From an uncultured bacterium (lineage in GTDB: Bacteria; Oederibacteriota; PGYV01; Palsa-1178), in the NCBI GenBank assembly GCA_937889595.1, contig CALAOR010000023.1, forward strand, positions 6,614 through 70,613: a stretch of DNA of 64,000 bases, in the 5' to 3' direction. Below, piece by piece: positions 60,597 through 64,000 of the stretch. Each line of letters starts with the position of its first letter. The stretch's first letter is position 1. Under the pieces are notes generated by a model. The model had not been told where the DNA came from. It saw nothing but the letters and a program-made list of their open reading frames with translations, and did not search any database. Made by a program: the position numbers and the translations under genes.

Positions 60597-63500
60597 TGAA
60601 ACCTCCCAAATTCGGCATTTTGAAATAACAATTCCGGATAATACGAATAAAAATCAAAATAACCATCGAAAGCACCTGCACCACGCGTAGGATAACTTGT
60701 CAAATTATCAAAAATATTGAAAACATACTCATAAGCCTGATAATTAATGGCTGAAGAATCGACATTATTATAATAATCGTAAATCAAATCTTCAATCTGG
60801 TAATTATATTTTGACTTAAAATTACTCGGTAATCCAGAAGTTCTATTTATATAGATATCATTGACTTTGCTTGCTCCAAGATTATATGAAGCTGCTGCAA
60901 TCTTAAATCTTTCAAGAACAGAAAGAGCTATCGTCGCCTTATATAACTTGTCAGGGAAATAAGTAAAAGTTCTATTATACAAAACGGTTAAATATCTGGC
61001 AACGAATTCAAGATTCTTTTTAGACTCATAGGCTCCGTTTATGCCTCCCAAAAAGGTAGGAAAAGTAACGCCATCTCCCAATGGCGGCGCTACTTCACCA
61101 AAACATATCGACGTAATCTGCCCATATCCTTTGGCGTGTGTATACGAGAACGCGATTTCGCCAACGCTTCTCATGTGTATCATGCATGATTCCTGCTGAA
61201 CCAACGCCATACAAAATGCCGTAAATGAATTTCCGTCAAAATCATAATAGGCATGATCAACGAACTCGGTTGGTATGCCTGGAGGCCAATCCGCTGGTCT
61301 GATGTTCGTTTCATCATATCCAAAATTATAAAAATTATGATATAAACTGTTTGCAGTATCATTATTACTATATGGAATTAAATTATCGTATAATCTTGCT
61401 TTGGTATATATCCATTGTAATAGTTTGTTATCTGCTATATACTCCCTGTCTGAGTTTGCGGGTAATAACGGATTGTCCGGTTGTAAGTTGGCATACTTAA
61501 CCATCGTTGAATCAGTAGAGCTATATAAGTTGTTTAGGTCCAGAGCGTACGCAGTATTCAATGTAACCATAGCCTGCGACAACTGGCTACCCCACCAACC
61601 GTCCAATTGCATTCTTATATACGGGTAAATTATAGTGCCGTAATATGAAGCTATGTTCTGGTTGGTGGTCATAATAATATTCACCATCCTTTGAAGCTGC
61701 TGCACCGCATATGAACCAACTGCACCCGCAGAATAACCATTAGTATCATAATACAAAATATTGTCTGTTGAGATTCCGTTGTTTGCAGGATCAAATACCA
61801 GTTCATTATTATCACTCATATAGATACGATTTATTGTGCATGGGTAATATATATTACCGTCTGACGCGCGAAATCCTCCATAATAACCAGCGGCGCCTCC
61901 GGCAGTAGCTACACTTGGTTCAATATTTGCCGCCGTAGAACAAGGAATTACAGTTGCAAAAGGAAAAACAGTTGTATCTTGTGACCTGGCTCCTCCGTCA
62001 TATGACACTGCCATTTTTGAATTATTTACACTGGATATTTTGCTGGGTGAATTACTATCCTGATCCTTCCATGGATAACCGTTAACATTAAATTGCAGAG
62101 TGTAATCCCACGGAAGAACTCGTGTGCCTAAATTATTTGTAAAATTCCAGGTAAAACTTTGACCATTCGCAACCGTCACACCAAAAGTTGTGTTATACAC
62201 CGCATTGCTATTTTTATCTTTCACAACAATATTCACAGTGCCTGGCTGAATCATATCATAGCCCAAACGTACATACTTGCTGGAATTGGAATAGATATTT
62301 TCTACATTATATGTCCCTGGTGTTGGGGTAACTGTAAATGTTATAGTAATTGTTGATGTTGGAGTATTTGTTGGGGAAATAAATGTAGGTGTTTTCGTAT
62401 TTGTTGCCGTGTAAGTAAATGTAATTGTAACTGTTCTTGTATAGGTAAAAGTCGGCGATATACTATATGTGGGTGAAATTGTTTGGGTCAGGGTCATTGT
62501 TCTGGTCGGCGTCACGGTAAAAGTGGGCGTAATCGAAAATGTTTTGGTTATTGTCGGCGATGCTGTGTTTGTTGGTGAAAATGAAAATGTTGGAGTTACA
62601 GTAGGTGTGGAAGTCTTTGTCGCCGTAGCTGTAAATGTAGGCGTTGAAGTCGCAGTCCAACACGGCCCGCCACCGATGGCATATAGTGATGTGTAACCCT
62701 GAACATATAGAGTTCCATCATGAGAAAGTGCTGCGCCAAAATTAAAAGTTCCAGTTTGAATACGCCACATTACATTTCCGGCGGCATCAACAGCGTGTAT
62801 ATTACCATCTGACGACACATATACATTACCAATTGCATCAACCGCATTACAAACAGAATATTTCAAATCGGCACCATACTGACTTCCAGGTAATACTGTA
62901 TCCCATGCAAGTGCCGGAGTCGATGTTCCATTTGGAACTAGTTTATCGAGCCGTAGAACTCCGCCTTGTGCGCAATAAACAAAGTACACACCTCCGTCGG
63001 GAGATAAAGCAATATGTTTGTTTACATTTGTTATGCTTGGCACCATGTAGCTCCACTGTTGAATCCCAAATTTACTTAAACATTTAACCACTGTGCCATT
63101 ATTATAATCAAAATTTCCAATATAAATATTTTCTGATGGATCTATAGAAATTCCATTATTGCCCGCACTTCCATAATTCACTGTCCAATTTGGCGTTGTA
63201 CTTGGCGGTGTATAACTGTATAAAATCCCACTATCGCTTATAAAATACACATTACCGCTTTTAGCTACCGCACCTTCGGCATGTCCTGTATCAGGCGCAA
63301 CTGACCAAACTACAGAACCGTTGCCATCAACCTCTTCAGCTTGGACACTTCCACCAGTATACCCTCTGAACATATATATATTGCCGTCCTGTACAAGCGA
63401 GCCAACATTTGGTTGTTGTTGTGCATAACCATCATCAGCATAATTCTTTACAGGTGTTCCATTTTGCGAATTATAGAACTGTAATAAATAATGCGGTTGA

Positions 63501-64000
63501 AGATTAGTTCTGTGATAAAATTTTAAAACTTCATTATTATTCATGACAACCGCTGACCGAGGTTCGGCATCTGATGGATCAACAGGATTGTTCCATAATG
63601 GATTTCCAAACGCGTCATATGCAAATATAGCATTGGTACTTCCGGAAAATACTCTACCCATTCCATCAACAACACCTCCACCAAAACCATACTGAACAGA
63701 TGCCTGCCAGCGTATGTCCGCTGTTGTCGGCCCAATAGCGGAACCAATACAGCTGTACTGTGCGTCTTTTCCGGCCATAGGCCAACCCGGCCCCTGTAAT
63801 GGAGAACACGGAGGCGTTTGTGTTACCGTGGGTGTGACTGTGCTTGTAGGCGTTATTGTGTGGGTGAAAGTAATTGTACCCGTTTTTGTGACTGTGAACG
63901 TATTCGTAAATGTGGGCGAAACTGTATATGTCAAAGTCACAGTTGGCGCGTTACTTTGACCACACCAAGAAGGAAAATGGGGGCCATATGCCGACTTATC
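60593..64000 (-). CDS. Giant surface protein (start outside the window): Thr-rich stalks, PQQ-like propeller, FlgD-like Ig, C-terminal SLT/lysozyme-like domain
   Basis: Frame stays open to the window end; ALVQQES, AKGYGQI, NLEFVARYL, AAASYNLG, YVFNIF motifs. Confidence 0.8.
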   Translation of the reverse strand, partial: DKSAYGPHFPSWCGQSNAPTVTLTYTVSPTFTNTFTVTKTGTITFTHTITPTSTVTPTVTQTPPCSPLQGPGWPMAGKDAQYSCIGSAIGPTTADIRWQASVQYGFGGGVVDGMGRVFSGSTNAIFAYDAFGNPLWNNPVDPSDAEPRSAVVMNNNEVLKFYHRTNLQPHYLLQFYNSQNGTPVKNYADDGYAQQQPNVGSLVQDGNIYMFRGYTGGSVQAEEVDGNGSVVWSVAPDTGHAEGAVAKSGNVYFISDSGILYSYTPPSTTPNWTVNYGSAGNNGISIDPSENIYIGNFDYNNGTVVKCLSKFGIQQWSYMVPSITNVNKHIALSPDGGVYFVYCAQGGVLRLDKLVPNGTSTPALAWDTVLPGSQYGADLKYSVCNAVDAIGNVYVSSDGNIHAVDAAGNVMWRIQTGTFNFGAALSHDGTLYVQGYTSLYAIGGGPCWTATSTPTFTATATKTSTPTVTPTFSFSPTNTASPTITKTFSITPTFTVTPTRTMTLTQTISPTYSISPTFTYTRTVTITFTYTATNTKTPTFISPTNTPTSTITITFTVTPTPGTYNVENIYSNSSKYVRLGYDMIQPGTVNIVVKDKNSNAVYNTTFGVTVANGQSFTWNFTNNLGTRVLPWDYTLQFNVNGYPWKDQDSNSPSKISSVNNSKMAVSYDGGARSQDTTVFPFATVIPCSTAANIEPSVATAGGAAGYYGGFRASDGNIYYPCTINRIYMSDNNELVFDPANNGISTDNILYYDTNGYSAGAVGSYAVQQLQRMVNIIMTTNQNIASYYGTIIYPYIRMQLDGWWGSQLSQAMVTLNTAYALDLNNLYSSTDSTMVKYANLQPDNPLLPANSDREYIADNKLLQWIYTKARLYDNLIPYSNNDTANSLYHNFYNFGYDETNIRPADWPPGIPTEFVDHAYYDFDGNSFTAFCMALVQQESCMIHMRSVGEIAFSYTHAKGYGQITSICFGEVAPPLGDGVTFPTFLGGINGAYESKKNLEFVARYLTVLYNRTFTYFPDKLYKATIALSVLERFKIAAASYNLGASKVNDIYINRTSGLPSNFKSKYNYQIEDLIYDYYNNVDSSAINYQAYEYVFNIFDNLTSYPTRGAGAFDGYFDFYSYYPELLFQNAEFGRFQ

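Noticed and set aside
60593-64000. Prophage tape-measure or tail protein as the explanation for the SLT domain
   Set aside because: No phage genes nearby; the domain context is that of host-type surface proteins. The upstream region is outside the window, so this is not fully excluded.

Overview
Bacterial chromosomal segment from a probable anaerobe. Every gene I can support is on the minus strand except icd. The secreted Thr/Pro-rich proteins with FlgD-Ig-like C-termini suggest a Candidatus Goldbacteria-like lineage (inference only). In order the window holds: a GH8 glycanase, mgtA, a Deg-type protease, malQ, icd, secreted proteins, a near-complete TCA operon (gltA-korDABC-sucCD-mdh-fumAB-sdhDCAB), a DUF5678/retropepsin pair, an Rrf2-REC-DRTGG operon, ogg, recQ, and a long oxidative-stress/pentose-phosphate run (ftn-bcp-fprA-dfx-rbr-korAB-...-tkt-gnd-zwf). 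After that come a HigBA-type TA pair, Fe-S/DUF362/DUF1646 genes and an AT-rich block of giant surface proteins. Most notable: (1) a 1.37-kb inverted-repeat-bounded, transposase-less cassette (46300-47670) holding one self-contained FGE-sulfatase lipoprotein gene with the hallmarks of a DGR variable region, with no RT or TR in the window; (2) a MITE family with 5-bp target duplications, and repeated nesting of small palindromic elements inside other REP/MITE elements; (3) a giant surface protein ending in a lytic-transglycosylase-like domain, coupled to a candidate immunity gene; (4) a shared 23-bp motif suggesting an Rrf2 regulon over TCA genes. No rRNA, tRNA or CRISPR array was seen.
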